Program-made: the position numbers and the translations under genes
In this document: positions 1 to 11,003 of the stretch, in pieces
Layout of the letters: each line of letters starts with the position of its first letter
How positions within the stretch are numbered: the stretch's first letter is position 1
Origin: Hypanus sabinus
Lineage: Eukaryota
DNA length: 50,783 nucleotides
Assembly: GCF_030144855.1 (NCBI RefSeq)
Contig: NW_026779371.1
Location: 62,001 to 112,783 of the forward strand
Reading direction: 5' to 3'
Notes under the pieces: model-generated
Told to the model about the DNA's origin: nothing
Seen by the model: only the letters and a program-made list of their open reading frames with translations
The model's database searches: none

Positions 1-54
1 AGAAATCTCGTCAGTCTGCTTTTTGAGAATTACAGCGAGTTATGGTAGCCCCAC

Positions 55-790
55 TACAGGAAGAAATCTGAAGAGTGGAAAGGGTTCTGAGGAGATTCAC
101 CAGGAAGCTCACAGCTTTAGAAAAAATGTGCGATCATGGGAAGCTGGGGAAACTTCGTTGTTTTCTCAGGCGCAGCGGAGGATGAGGAGAGATCTGAAAG
201 ACCGTAACGCCATAAGATACAGGAGCACAAATAGCCCATTTGGCCCATCGAATCTGCTCCGTCATTCAAGTCTGGGCTCCTCCAATTCTTCCAGTCATCC
301 TCGCTCCTCTGCCTTCTCCCATTACCATTTTATATCTACCTAATCAAGAAACTATATATCTCTACTTTAAATGCATTCAATGACTTGGCCTGCACAGCCG
401 TTCGTGGCAAGAAATTCTGCAGATTTACCTCCTTGTGACTAAAGTAATTTCTCCTGCATCTCAGTTCTAAAAGCATGTCCTTCAAGCTTTCTTCTCCGAG
501 AATCCCCTCCCTTGGAGAACACCTGTCATATCCACTCTGTTCAGGCCTTATCACATTCCTACTGGTTCTATAATATCCCCTCTCCTTCTCCTGAACTCCA
601 GGGAACACAGCCCAAGACCTGACAGACGTTCATCTTACGGTAACCCTTTCTTTCCTGGAAGCAAGCTCGTGAATCTACTCTGACACCTCCCCAATGGAGG
701 TTCATAAGATTATGAAAGGTGTAGACATGCAGAACTCTTTTCCCAGGATTTAAGTAGAACGTCAGGGTTATTTTTATTTTACTCAGATAA
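55..790. mobile_element. CR1-type LINE 3' fragments (mixed orientation)
   Basis: Translations resemble the CR1 ORF2 C-terminus (RRMRRDL; VNLQNFLPRTAVQAKSLNAFKVEIYSFL). Boundaries approximate. Confidence 0.7.
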
Positions 791-829
791 TCAACAGATG
801 TAATAATCAGAGAGGATTCATTAATTCTG

Positions 830-1475
830 TCTTGGTCATGTTCGCGTTTGGAAAATATTGGAAAGATGTCTCCCAATGTATCTCGGTACTTTTTTTAAAG
901 TGAATTTTAAGCACAATCCTTTGACTGCCTTATTTGGTATTTTTGAGGAGAGTTATAAGTTTGGAGCCTTCTCATTTGCGGTTACTGGCTTTTATTTCTA
1001 TTTGTCTTGGAGAGCGATGCTGCTTAAATGGAATGATGTCCCCCCACTACGCCACACACACATGCTTAATGGTTATACGATGTTATGTCATGTTTAAATC
1101 TCGAGAAATTTCGTTGTTCGATTTCTGATTCAAACATCTATGGGGACACATTCTGAACTATTTTAATAATCTTTGAATTATTATTGTTATAGATTTGGGC
1201 TATTATACCAAAGCACTACCTGGTACAGTGCTCATTTTTTCTCTTTTTTTCACCCAACTTTTTCTTGATAGTGGGTGTAGGTTTTCTAAATAATATAATT
1301 AACCATATAATTATTGTATTTCAGAAATCAATTTATTTTATTTGATTGATCATGATCAATGATTGCATCAGTGTGATTTATATATACTGCATTTTTTGCT
1401 AACTTATTTTGATGTATAAAAATATACTTATGAATTTTGTATTTGTGTATATGAAATTTAATAAAATATTTGAAA
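830..1475 (+). mobile_element. L1-clade LINE 3' end (ORF2 C-terminus and AT-rich 3' UTR)
   Basis: FKVNFKHNPLTALFGI...RAMLLKWNDVPP resembles the fish L1 ORF2 C-terminus. It ends in aataaaatatttgaaa. Confidence 0.65.
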
Positions 1476-1700
1476 GAGAATCAAGGATGGCAGGAATGCC
1501 CTATCTGGTCTGGTGGGAAAGGCTAATACATTAGAGCCTTTAAAAGGAAGTGTCGATAGACGTACAGATGTTATGAAGAAGGAGGGAAGTGGACATGCAA
1601 TATGTGAAAAGGATTCTTTTTTCGGTGTTTTTGATTTGCTTCTTAGCTAGTGAGTCTCCGGACTGTAGGCCGAACTGCCTGTTCCTGTGTTGTACGCTCC
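1476..1700 (+). mobile_element. CR1 LINE 3' terminal fragment
   Basis: Ends in gggccgaactgcctgttcctgtgttgtac-like CR1 terminus. Confidence 0.5.
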
Positions 1701-2102
1701 TGTATAAAGTTGTAAATTACGTTGAGCAAATCGGAAACCGTTAGGCTTTCCGGAAAAATAGAGATGCCACACACGCAGCTGTATTCTGTATTTTTCAGGG
1801 GTTCGCGGTCCCGAAACCGTTGCTCGGTGGCACCTGTACTTTGAAGTTTTTTTTTATCGAAAGGATAGACGCGTCGGAGCTTCTACAGCAATAAAAAATT
1901 CGGGCCGGTGCTGGCACTTATCGCAGAAATTTAGATCATTTACCAGAAAGATACGAGGGTGAGAGTGTTCGGACATTTCTCGGAGACATTTCCTGCTCTC
2001 AGTCTTAAAGAATACAAATGGAGAACAGATGGCCACAGACAAAGCTGGTGATGTCGCGCCAGATGAACAACGAGTTTGGTTCCCCAGGTGCAGTGCAAGG
2101 AA

Positions 2103-2109
2103 TACACAC

Positions 2110-2150
<41 letters not shown>
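2103..2150. repeat. (CA)n microsatellite
   Basis: Direct reading of the sequence. Confidence 0.95.
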
Positions 2151-2153
<3 letters not shown>

Positions 2154-2157
2154 CACA

Positions 2158-2540
2158 TAAATAGATAATAGATATGGATATAGATATGCAGTTGTCAGAT
2201 AGACAGATAGAGAAACAGNNNNNNNNNNNNNNNNNNNNNNNNNNNNNNNNNNNNNNNNNNNNNNNNNNNNNNNNNNNNNNNNNNNNNNNNNNNNNNNNNN
2301 NNNNNNNNNNNNNNNNNNNNNNNNNNNNNNNNNNNNNNNNNNNNNNNNNNNNNNNNNNNNNNNNNNNNNNACAGGTAGTCAGTCAGACAGATGGACTAAC
2401 AGAGGAATTAGATAGAGGCAGACAGACATATATAGATAGATCGACAAGTTGATCGATAGACCGATGGAATGACACATGGATATATAGATAAAAAGAGGGA
2501 CCAATAGACAGTAAGGCAGATATATTAGATAGACAGATGC
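2158..2540. repeat. Degenerate (GATA/GACA)n array spanning an N gap
   Basis: gatagacagataga units on both sides of the gap at 2219-2370. Confidence 0.8.
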
Positions 2541-2564
2541 AAAAGTAGGTATTAAATATACAAT

Positions 2565-2700
2565 AGCAGAAAATATTAATGTTTATTAATTAATATTAAT
2601 ATTTAATATTAATGTATTAATGAAAATATTAATAGCTGAAAATGTTAATGTTTACTAATTAATATTAATATTTAATATTAGTATTAATGAAAATGTTAAT
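2565..2700. repeat. AT-rich tandem duplication (two units of about 65 bp)
   Basis: gaaaat(a/g)ttaatgttta...aatattaatatttaatatta...gtattaatgaaaat occurs twice. Confidence 0.8.
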
Positions 2701-2881
2701 GGGTTACTAAGCGTCAGTAATGTCGCCATGGAGACCGGTGGGAACATTTGGATTCTTGGAATTTCGGGAGTCAAGGATTCCTCTGAATGTGCCGCGGTTA
2801 TGAAACCGTTGCCACTGAGGGCATGAGTGGAAGTGGGACGGGAGGGTGGGGAAGGTAGGTTGGAGGTTATGTTTGGCGATA

Positions 2882-2920
2882 GGCTTTTGCAGTATTTGTT
2901 TGTCTGCCTTCACTGCTGTG
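2882..2920 (-). other. 23-RSS of V1
   Basis: CACAGCA, 23-nt spacer gtgaaggcagacaaacaaatact, GCAAAAGCC. Confidence 0.85.
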
Positions 2921-4096
2921 GTGATATCGCTTGCGCAGAAATACACAGCCGTGTCCCCGGGGAGCAGCCCAGTCAGGTTAGGATGGTAGGAATCGTCTGA
3001 CCCCCCTGACTGCTGACAGTCTGTTCCTGAATCCTTCGGATATCTCCGGGGCGTTATTCCTATAGGCGGTGATCAGGAGCTCCAGCCCCTGGTTGGGAGC
3101 CTGTCGATACCAATAGGTCCTGGGGTGGGTATCTGGCACAAAACAGGATATCATCACCGAGTCCAGTTCGTGTTCTGTGAGGAATCGGTCTTTTTGGAAA
3201 ACTAATTCACTCTGTGCCCCTAGAAAGGTTAAAATCGACCATCAAAATAATTTCNNNNNNNNNNNNNNNNNNNNNNNNNNNNNNNNNNNNNNNNNNNNNN
3301 NNNNNNNNNNNNNNNNNNNNNNNNNNNNNNNNNNNNNNNNNNNNNNNNNNNNNNNNNNNNNNNNNNNNNNNNNNNNNNNNNNNNNNNNNNNNNNNNNNNN
3401 NNNNNNNNNNNNNNNNNNNNNNNNNNNNNNNNNNNNNNNNNNNNNNNNNNNNNNNNNNNNNNNNNNNNNNNNNNNNNNNNNNNNNNNNNNNNNNNNNNNN
3501 NNNNNNNNNNNNNNNNNNNNNNNNNNNNNNNNNNNNNNNNNNNNNNNNNNNNNNNNNNNNNNNNNNNNNNNNNNNNNNNNNNNNNNNNNNNNAACAGATA
3601 GATACAGATATGCATACTTACATACATCGATCGCCAGAGCGTTCTGGTTTAATAGATAGATAAATGGATTGGCGAGAACTTAGATAAGAAGATAGACAAG
3701 CAGTCAGTTAGATAGGTAATGATATTTAAAACATAAACCAATCCGCAAGCGCACTAAAAAGATAAATGGACAGGTGGAAGTAAATGGAGACGGACAGGAG
3801 AATATCAGAGGAAGGGTTAAAGATGGAAAAAAGTTTAAAAAAAGTTGTCGAGCTGAGTGACGTTATGCAATTACAAACGATGAGTACACAGGGAAAAGAG
3901 ATAGGGACAGGTAAAGGGGATGATAGAAGAGAGAAGAAGTTGGCGAAAGCATACATAAAAAACGTGAGGACGGAAAGCCAGTGCGATAGTGAGTGACTGT
4001 GAGAAGTAAAAGTGCAGAAAAAGCTGAAACAAAACAGGCCCGTTTCATGAAACACTCACCATGAAATAACGTTATCATCCCCAGTAAGAGAAACAT
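2921..4096 (-). pseudogene. TRBV: TCR beta V segment V1; leader 4096-4060, V exon 3219-2921; one-base frameshift
   Basis: Leader MFLLLGMITLFH with g|gtgagt donor and ctag| acceptor. Exon reads GAQSELVFQ...ISCFVPDTHPRTYWYRQAPNQGLELLITAY...RLSAVRG, then shifts frame in a G6 run (2.99-3.01 kb), then SDDSYHPNLTGLLPGDTAVYFCASD. 23-RSS follows. The intron contains an N gap. Confidence 0.85.
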
Positions 4097-4730
4097 GACT
4101 ATGTCGACGTTTCACTCTTGCCATTGAGAGTGTCAAGGAGGGGAACGGGCTTTCAAACTAGTTTACATTGCCCAGCTGACTGTACACCTGGAGTCAGTAT
4201 CCACGCCCCCTGTCGATGATTGACAGATCATCATGCGCTGCATCGGCAAGTAGTTACGCCCAAACTCTCATTGATCGATGGAATTAAACTCCGCCCATAG
4301 ACAGTAGTTTGTGAAAGGGGGTGTATTCGGCACAGGGATAGCAACCACATCTCGTAAAAGCCTTGTGTGAATTAAAAAGTTAGGAAATTGGTTGGTGAAG
4401 TACATGCAGGTTTGGACAATAGTGAATCTGATAGGTGAGGACAGAAGAAAGGAAAGGGGATGGAGAACCAGAGGGAGGTGAAAAGAGGGATCGTGACAGG
4501 GAAATGAGAAAGGAGAATGGTGAAAGGGGTAGCATTACCAGATGGAGTGAGGCAGTCAGAAAGTCTACTGACGGAGGTAAGGTACATGATAGACGGGCAG
4601 ATATACGGAGAATGTGACGAGGTAGGCTTCATGTTTCCCTCATTTGAACTGATATTATTACGTTTTGATGGGCAGAATGGATTGCATTTCCCGTCTCCGG
4701 GTGCAACCTCTAACTAATTCCGTGTCCCAA

Positions 4731-4746
4731 CAGCGCCCTCTGCCGC
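4731..4746 (-). promoter_or_regulatory. CTCF-like motif
   Basis: GCGGCAGAGGGCGCTG versus core consensus CCASYAGRKGGCRS. Confidence 0.5.
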
Positions 4747-5368
4747 ACAAATTCTTAACGAAAATACGCGTGAGGACGTGATTGATTGATTGGTTGATTC
4801 CTTCATTCACCATTATACCGTGGTTCGTTTTCGTATCACTCCGGATATAATATTACACACTAAAGAAGAAAGAACAACTTAAAGGGTTCCACGTAAAGGT
4901 AACATGCAAAACCCATGTCCATAAATCTATAAGTCGTAGATCTGGGTTGAAGGTGAATGGTGTTCCAGGGGCTTTAAAATGATGGGTTATTACAAAGAGT
5001 AATACAGTCGGTGGGAGGTGCACACAAAATTACCAGCGTCGGAATGACATCTGGGCAGGTACATGGAAAGGGAAGGTTTTGCGAAAAACGCGCCAAATTC
5101 AGACTGACACTACGGGCTACGGTCGGAGAGTTGGACTGCGGAGAGGAACGGGGCCGAGGGGCTGCATCTTCACCACCTGGAACATGACTCCGGGAAATTG
5201 CCATTTCCTTCCGGAGTAGACGATCAGACAATGTGTCGTAAGCAGGAGATCGATTGGCAATTGGGGTACGGAAAGTCGCGACGTCATATCCGGGAACACG
5301 TTCGAGGAGAGAGCTCAGTGGAGGAAGCGAACAGGGCATTTGTTATCGAACAGCGCTGCAGGATCGCG

Positions 5369-5872
5369 ATGTGTTTACCACCAGACGTGCCTCTTGTCTG
5401 TCTGGCTTTATTCCTGACACTTTTGCAAAATTGTGAGTTTTTTGTTTGATATATTATTTTCTCACACCGGGTCGAACCGGCCGATTCAAGGAAGGTCCCA
5501 GATATGATGTTAAATCGCGGAATATTATGCCGTGTCATCGACTTGACCATGAATTCCTTTCTCTTGCATGTCACTGCAGGTCTGTCGGCTGCACCAACAG
5601 TGGTCCAGATCACTACCGCGGCTACTATTGGGCCTGGAGAACAGTTCAGTTTTCAGTGCAGTTTGGAGGGAGGCGGCATGGGCAGCTACACCATGTTCTG
5701 GTACCGGCAAGTCGGGACGAGTCTGGAGTGGGTCTGCAACGAGTTCGGCTCGTGCGACGAACCCTTTAAACTTCGGTTCGCCACCAAGCTCGAAGCTGCA
5801 CAGAACGGCTTCACTCTGCAGCTCAACAGCTGCGAGGAGACGGACTCGGCGACCTACTTCTGCGCAGCGAGG
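5369..5872 (+). CDS. TCR V segment V2 (divergent family, reverse orientation); leader 5369-5432, V exon 5580-5872; open reading frame, atypical RSS
   Basis: Leader MCLPPDVPLVCLALFLTLLQN with t|gtgagt donor and gcag| acceptor, spliced in frame. Exon reads LSAAPTVVQ...FQCSLEGGGMGSYTMFWYRQ...EWV...FTLQLNSCEETDSATYFCAAR. Perfect nonamer ACAAAAACC at 5906-5914. Beta assignment rests on locus context only. Confidence 0.85.
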
Positions 5873-5914
5873 CTCGGCGGCGGCGCACGTCTACGGCCGC
5901 CTCAGACAAAAACC
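5873..5914 (+). other. Degenerate RSS of V2
   Basis: Nonamer at 5906-5914. The 23-spaced heptamer position reads GGCGGCG. CTCGGCG lies at a 26-nt spacing and CACGTCT at a 13-nt spacing. Confidence 0.7.
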
Positions 5915-6373
5915 TGCCAGTGATTCGGAAAACAGTCAGCCCATCGAAGCCCCTTGCCACCCGCTTCCTCTGCGTCCGTCGAAAACGCCTCCAAGATTTT
6001 TTTCTCTCGGTCTCCCCGCACACGCATGTTCATCTAAAGTTCATTTGCACGAAACGCTCGGAGGACAAAGCAAAATCCATTTTAAGGCACTCCGCCGTCG
6101 GTGGTTTTAACTTTCTATTACAGTTCGTCCAATAACTGTCGGTACCGATGGACTAAATTTCAGAGATTGAACAATTCCTGCCTATTCATTGATTGATTTA
6201 NNNNNNNNNNNNNNNNNNNNNNNNNNNNNNNNNNNNNNNNNNNNNNNNNNNNNNNNNNNNNNNNNNNNNNNNNNNNNNNNNNNNNNNNNNNNNNNNNNNN
6301 NNNNNNNNNNNNNNNNNNNNNNNNNNNNNNNNNNNNNNNNNNNNNNNNNNNNNNNNNNNNNNNNNNNNNNNNN

Positions 6374-7170
6374 ATATCCGAGCAGAATTCACCTATTTGG
6401 TCCAGCGAGCCTATTCCGCCATTTCATCAAGGTTGATCCAAATTTTCCCTTTCAGCCCCAATCTCCCGCTTTCTCCTGTGATCCAGTCACGCCCAAAGCA
6501 AGAATGTATCAACAGCTGCCTTAAATAATTCAAAAGATTCGCCACTCTCTCTCTTTCTGAAGGAATTCCTTCTCACGTCCATTCAAAAAGGACGCCCTTC
6601 TACTTTGACACTGTGTCTCTTGGTCTGAGATTGTTGCACCTTTGGAAACATCCTCTCCACGTTCACTCTATCACGGCGTTTTGCCATTGGGTAGTTTTCA
6701 ATCGGAATATTCCTCATTCTTTTGAATTTCTGTGAATTCAGGCCCAAAGCCATCAAAGCCTCTTTAAATGACAAACCTTTTATTTTTGGGATCATTTTCC
6801 TGAAACTCCTTTGAATCCTCTCCAGTTCCAGCAGGTCTTTTCTTTTCAAAAACAAGGTACCGGCAACTACACACGATACACCACATGAGGTCTCACCAGC
6901 GCTTCACGAAGCCGCAACATTATATCCTTCCATTTACATTCTTGTACTCTTGAAATAAATGCTATCATCGTATGTGGCTCCCTCAGCACGGAATGCACCT
7001 AAATGAAACTTGAATGAGCCCTCAACAATGCCCTTTGCGCCTCAGGTTTTGGCATACCCTCTCCATTTAGAAAATAGACTGCAATTTTATTCATTCCCTC
7101 AACATGCACACATACCGACACTATTCTCCATCTTCGACTTCTCTGTTTATTGTTCCAATCCTGTCCAATG
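6374..7170 (-). mobile_element. CR1 LINE ORF2 3' fragment
   Basis: LELERIQRSFRKMIPKIKGLSFKEALMALGL...RMFPKV resembles the CR1 C-terminus. Confidence 0.75.
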
Positions 7171-7174
7171 GTAG

Positions 7175-7822
7175 CCTGTCTCCCGCAGTATAGGAATGTC
7201 CTCTACACATCTACTCTATTTGTGACCTGTTATACTGGACTCCCCCACTACAGGAAACATCCTCTCCACATCAACTCCATATACTCACTTGTTCGAGTGT
7301 TCCCTATTATAGGAAACATCCTTTACGCATCCACTCTATCGAAGTCCTCTGGTCCTAAACTCCCCCACTACAGGAAACATCCTCCCCACATCCACTCTAT
7401 CTGTGTCCTCTAGAGCTAGACTCCCCCACTACAGGAAACATCCTCCCCACATCCACTCTATCTGTGTCCTCTGGAGCTAGACTCCCCCACTATTGGAAAC
7501 AACCTCTCCACATCCACTCTATCTGTGTCCTCTGGTCCTAGACTCCCCCACTACAGGAAACATCCTCTCCACATCCACTCTATTTGTGTCCTCTGATCCT
7601 GGACTCTCCCTCGACAGGAAACATCCTCTCCACTTCCACTCTATCTGTGTCCTCTGGTCCTAGACTCCCCCACTACAGGAAAAATCCTCTCCACATCCAC
7701 TGTCTGTGTTCTACGGTCCTGGACTCCCCCACTACAGGAAACATTCTCTCCACATCCACTCTATCTGTGTCCTCTGGAGCTAGACTCCCGCACTATTGGA
7801 AACAACCTCTCCACTACTCTAT
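7175..7822. repeat. 61-bp minisatellite, about 10-11 copies, derived from CR1 sequence
   Basis: Unit gactcccccactacaggaaacatcctctccacatccactctatctgtgtcctctggtccta. Unit starts at 7419, 7480 and 7541 give 61-bp spacing. Confidence 0.9.
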
Positions 7823-8870
7823 CAAAGTCTCTCAATATTCGATAGGTTTCAATTAGATCCCACCTCAGTCGTCTAAACTCCAGCCAGTACAGGCCCAGAG
7901 CTATCAAACGCTCCTTATATGTTGACCTTGTCATTCCTTGCATTATTGTCGTCAATCCGCTCTGTACCCTCTCCAATGTCAGCACAAACTATTGAAAATA
8001 TGGAGCACCAAACTGCTCACAATCCTGCAAGCGAGTCCTCACCAGCGCTTTTTCAATGCACAGCATCACATCCTTGCTTGTATATTCTAGTCCTCCTGAT
8101 ACGAAAGCTAACACTGCATTTGTCTTCCTCACCACCGACTCAACCTGCTAATTAATCTTGAGGAAATCCGGAACGAGGACTCCCAAATCCCATTGCACAT
8201 TGGATTTTTGAAATTTCTTTCCACTTCGAAAATGATCTATGTTTTTATTCCTTCTTCCAACGTGCATGACCTACTCTTCCCTATACTGTATTCCATCTGC
8301 CATTTCTTTGCCCATTCTCCTCATCTGTAGCCTCTTTATTCCACAAAACTACCTGCGTTCCACCTATTTTCGAATCTTCTGCAAACTTTGCAACGAAACC
8401 ATCAATTCATTTGCATCTCACTTTAAAAGTCTCGGTCCCAACAGTGAAGTTTCGCTTTATTCCCACCTGTTACCCCCTGATAATCCTACTTCATCCACGC
8501 TAGAACTTTTACTGTAAGACCACGTGCTCGTACCTTATTAACAACGTCATCCGTGGCGCCCTGTCGAAATGCATGAGCGGTTTTTCCTTTTTTTTATGCT
8601 GCTTTTCATTTCTTCAGGAATTCCTAGAAAGCTGTACCCTTGAGGAAACCATGCTGACTACGTCCTATTTTATCAGGTTCTCCAAGTACTCGGAGACCTC
8701 ATCCTGAATAACGGACGCCAGCACCTTCCCAACACTAAAGTCACACTAACTGGTCTCTAGTTTACGTTGTTCTGTCTCGCTCCCTTCCTGAAGAGCGGAG
8801 TGGCATTTACACCGTGAATGTTTGGCAGTGTTGAGGGACGGAGGAGTCTCGCTGGACATGTGTAGGACGC
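7823..8870 (-). mobile_element. CR1 LINE ORF2 fragments
   Basis: LERVQ...YKERLIALGLYWLEFRRLRWDLIETYRIL. Confidence 0.8.
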
Positions 8871-9699
8871 TTAATATATTATTGATGTAGTTAACATTCT
8901 AACGCACCTGTACAGGTTGTCTTCGTTTACCCACCTGTTCTCAATGTCTGATTTAGTGTAGTATTTGGTTGAATCTATCGTATTTCCCGGTGCTTCCGTG
9001 AATGCCGGCATGAAAATAAATCACAGGTAGCACCCGGTGAAAGATAGGTAAGATAATATTAAATTTACTTTGAACTTTACTTTGAGCATAACCTCACCTT
9101 TGACCACTGCAAATTTCTCTCAATTATTTTCCCAGTTTTGATCCGACGTATCGAGAAATTTGACCTCTTTACCCTCAGGCACCGGTGATTGATGCAACAG
9201 GAGGGGGCAGTAAAAACATTCCGTTCGAAGTTGATGGACTGGTCCTTTAACCTACTGCATGATCGCTCCAAACATTCTGTCCGATACAGCCACGTAAATT
9301 TATTCCAGTGTTTGAATAAACAATCAAAATGTAAAAGCCGCTAAACGGGGCTAATTAACCCCCGACACTCCTTATATAACTTTAAACACCGCCATCCCAG
9401 CAACACGCTGCAAACATCCTTCCACCGCAGCACGTCAGTTTGTAAACATCCGAAGGACTTCCAATAGCAGTGAATCCCCCACACTTCGTCCACCATCCGG
9501 TTCCGTCCCTCTCCATGCATCCGCTTCAGTAAGTGGCCCGGCATCCGCATCTGCCTCCGCTTTCAGCAACGCCGGGCATTGCGTGTCCTGTCTCTTTAAT
9601 CACGCACACTCCTACGTATGCATGAAGCAACACGCAGCTGTCAATCAAACGACGAACGGAGATGCAGCGGGGGTCACAGCGGTGTCGTGAGAATCCATC

Positions 9700-10220
9700 G
9701 ACCTCCCCAGCAGGTTCTCCCCACTGGTACCGACGGTGTAAAACATCAGCCGAGGCTCCTTTCCCGGATATTGCCGGTACCAGTACATAAGATAAGAGGA
9801 GGGAAAGAATGTCAGGAGATGGAGGTGGAGAGGCAGAGGTGAAGGAAGAGGAGACGAGGAGACAGAGGGAGGCGGAACGGGACGAGGGGTGCAGAGGGAA
9901 GAGGAGTGCAGCCACGGGAGGGGGACAGGTGGGTGAGAAAGTGACAGATACCGAAGTAGAAAATAGTATTACAAGAGACAGAAGTGAGAGCGTGACAGTA
10001 CAGGTCCAGAGCGGGAGACGGAAAAGAGACGTCTGAAAGGAAAATAAATTCGGAAGGACGAGAATCGAAGGAACGTGGTAGTAACAGGGTTAATACACTG
10101 ATGACTGAAGGATAGTAAAAAAGTAATGGTATAGTTCAGAAAACGATTCATAAATTGATCCCGTCCCTTACCGTCAAACCAGAACAATAGCTGCAACAGC
10201 AGGAACATCTTCACGTCCAT
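9700..10220 (-). pseudogene. TRBV: TCR beta V pseudogene V3; leader 10220-10172, V fragment about 9800-9700
   Basis: Leader MDVKMFLLLQLLFWFD with g|gtaagg donor. Fragment reads SYLMYWYRQYPGKEPRLMFYTVG, frameshift, EPAGEVDGFS, homologous to V5. FR1 and the 3' end are not recognisable. Confidence 0.75.
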
Positions 10221-10319
10221 CTGCCCTCTCCAAAACTGAAAAATTTCGGGTATCCGCTCGAGCTGAACGCGTCACGGATGAGACCCCAAAGCCCCGCCCC
10301 TCTGTCTGACAATTACACC

Positions 10320-10329
10320 TGACGTCACT
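10320..10329 (-). promoter_or_regulatory. TCR V-beta promoter decamer (CRE-like)
   Basis: AGTGACGTCA matches AGTGAYRTCA exactly. It lies 100 bp upstream of the V3 ATG, with a GC box (gccccgcccc) between them. Confidence 0.8.
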
Positions 10330-10499
10330 GAGCAACCACAGCGGGTACTTGAGTCGGCTGCCGTGGTCATTGATTTGCTGGATACGGGTCTCACTGCTGG
10401 ACAAGGTCTGCAATGGTAACAAGTTCTGGAGGCCCAGGATCGCCCCTTTCATCAGGTTGTGAAGGTTTCTAACTGTTTGGCTCAATTAGAAATATAATG

Positions 10500-10765
10500 A
10501 TACAGATTTAATGTGCTAGGCAGTAGGTACAGAAGGCATGACAGGGGTTATTTTTTTTTTACTCAGGCAGCGGTGAGTGCGTGGAATGGGCTGCCCTCAA
10601 TGGTGATGGAGTCGGATATGATAGGGAGTTTTAAGAGACTTTTGGAGAGGTACATTGAGGATAGTAAAATAGAGGGTTCTGGGTAAGCCTAGTAATTCCT
10701 AAGGTAGGGACATATGCAGAACAACTTTGTGGGCCGAGGGGCTTGTAGTATGCTATAGGTTTTCA
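10500..10765 (+). mobile_element. CR1 LINE 3' end
   Basis: gtgagtgcgtggaatgggctgcc...gtgggccgaggggcttgt, a typical CR1 terminus. Confidence 0.7.
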
Positions 10766-10987
10766 TGTATCTGTGAAACAATAGATACAAATACATAAAA
10801 TAGCTGATATGTAATCCTTGAGGTTTTATTCGGGTTTACACACGCTGTGACTGACGGGTAATAAAAAGTCCAACTCCCAGTTGCACTGTGGTCTATTTAT
10901 ATTGAAGCTGTCAATGTTGTCACAGTTACAACATTTCATTGACTTTCTGAAGGATGGGCACTGTCGTGCACGTTTCCCTTCACGGTG

Positions 10988-11003
10988 ACAGCAGGGGGCG
11001 CTC
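10988..11003 (+). promoter_or_regulatory. CTCF-like motif
   Basis: ACAGCAGGGGGCGCTC. Confidence 0.6.

Noticed and set aside
2060-2095. WGTKLVV, a J-like word
   Set aside because: It lacks the FGxG pattern, an upstream RSS and a downstream donor.
4201-4216. CTCF-like TCGACAGGGGGCGTGG in the V1 promoter (similar word at about 43510)
   Set aside because: Equally explained as an Sp/KLF GC box (CCACGCCC) at a promoter position, so it was not counted as CTCF.
7175-7822. Regularly spaced repeats superficially like a CRISPR array
   Set aside because: Head-to-tail units with no unique spacers, in a vertebrate context, derived from CR1.
9921-9932. GGGACAGGTGGG, resembling the D-beta core GGGACAGGGGGC
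   Set aside because: Imperfect match with no flanking 12- or 23-RSS. No D, J or C segment was found in the window.
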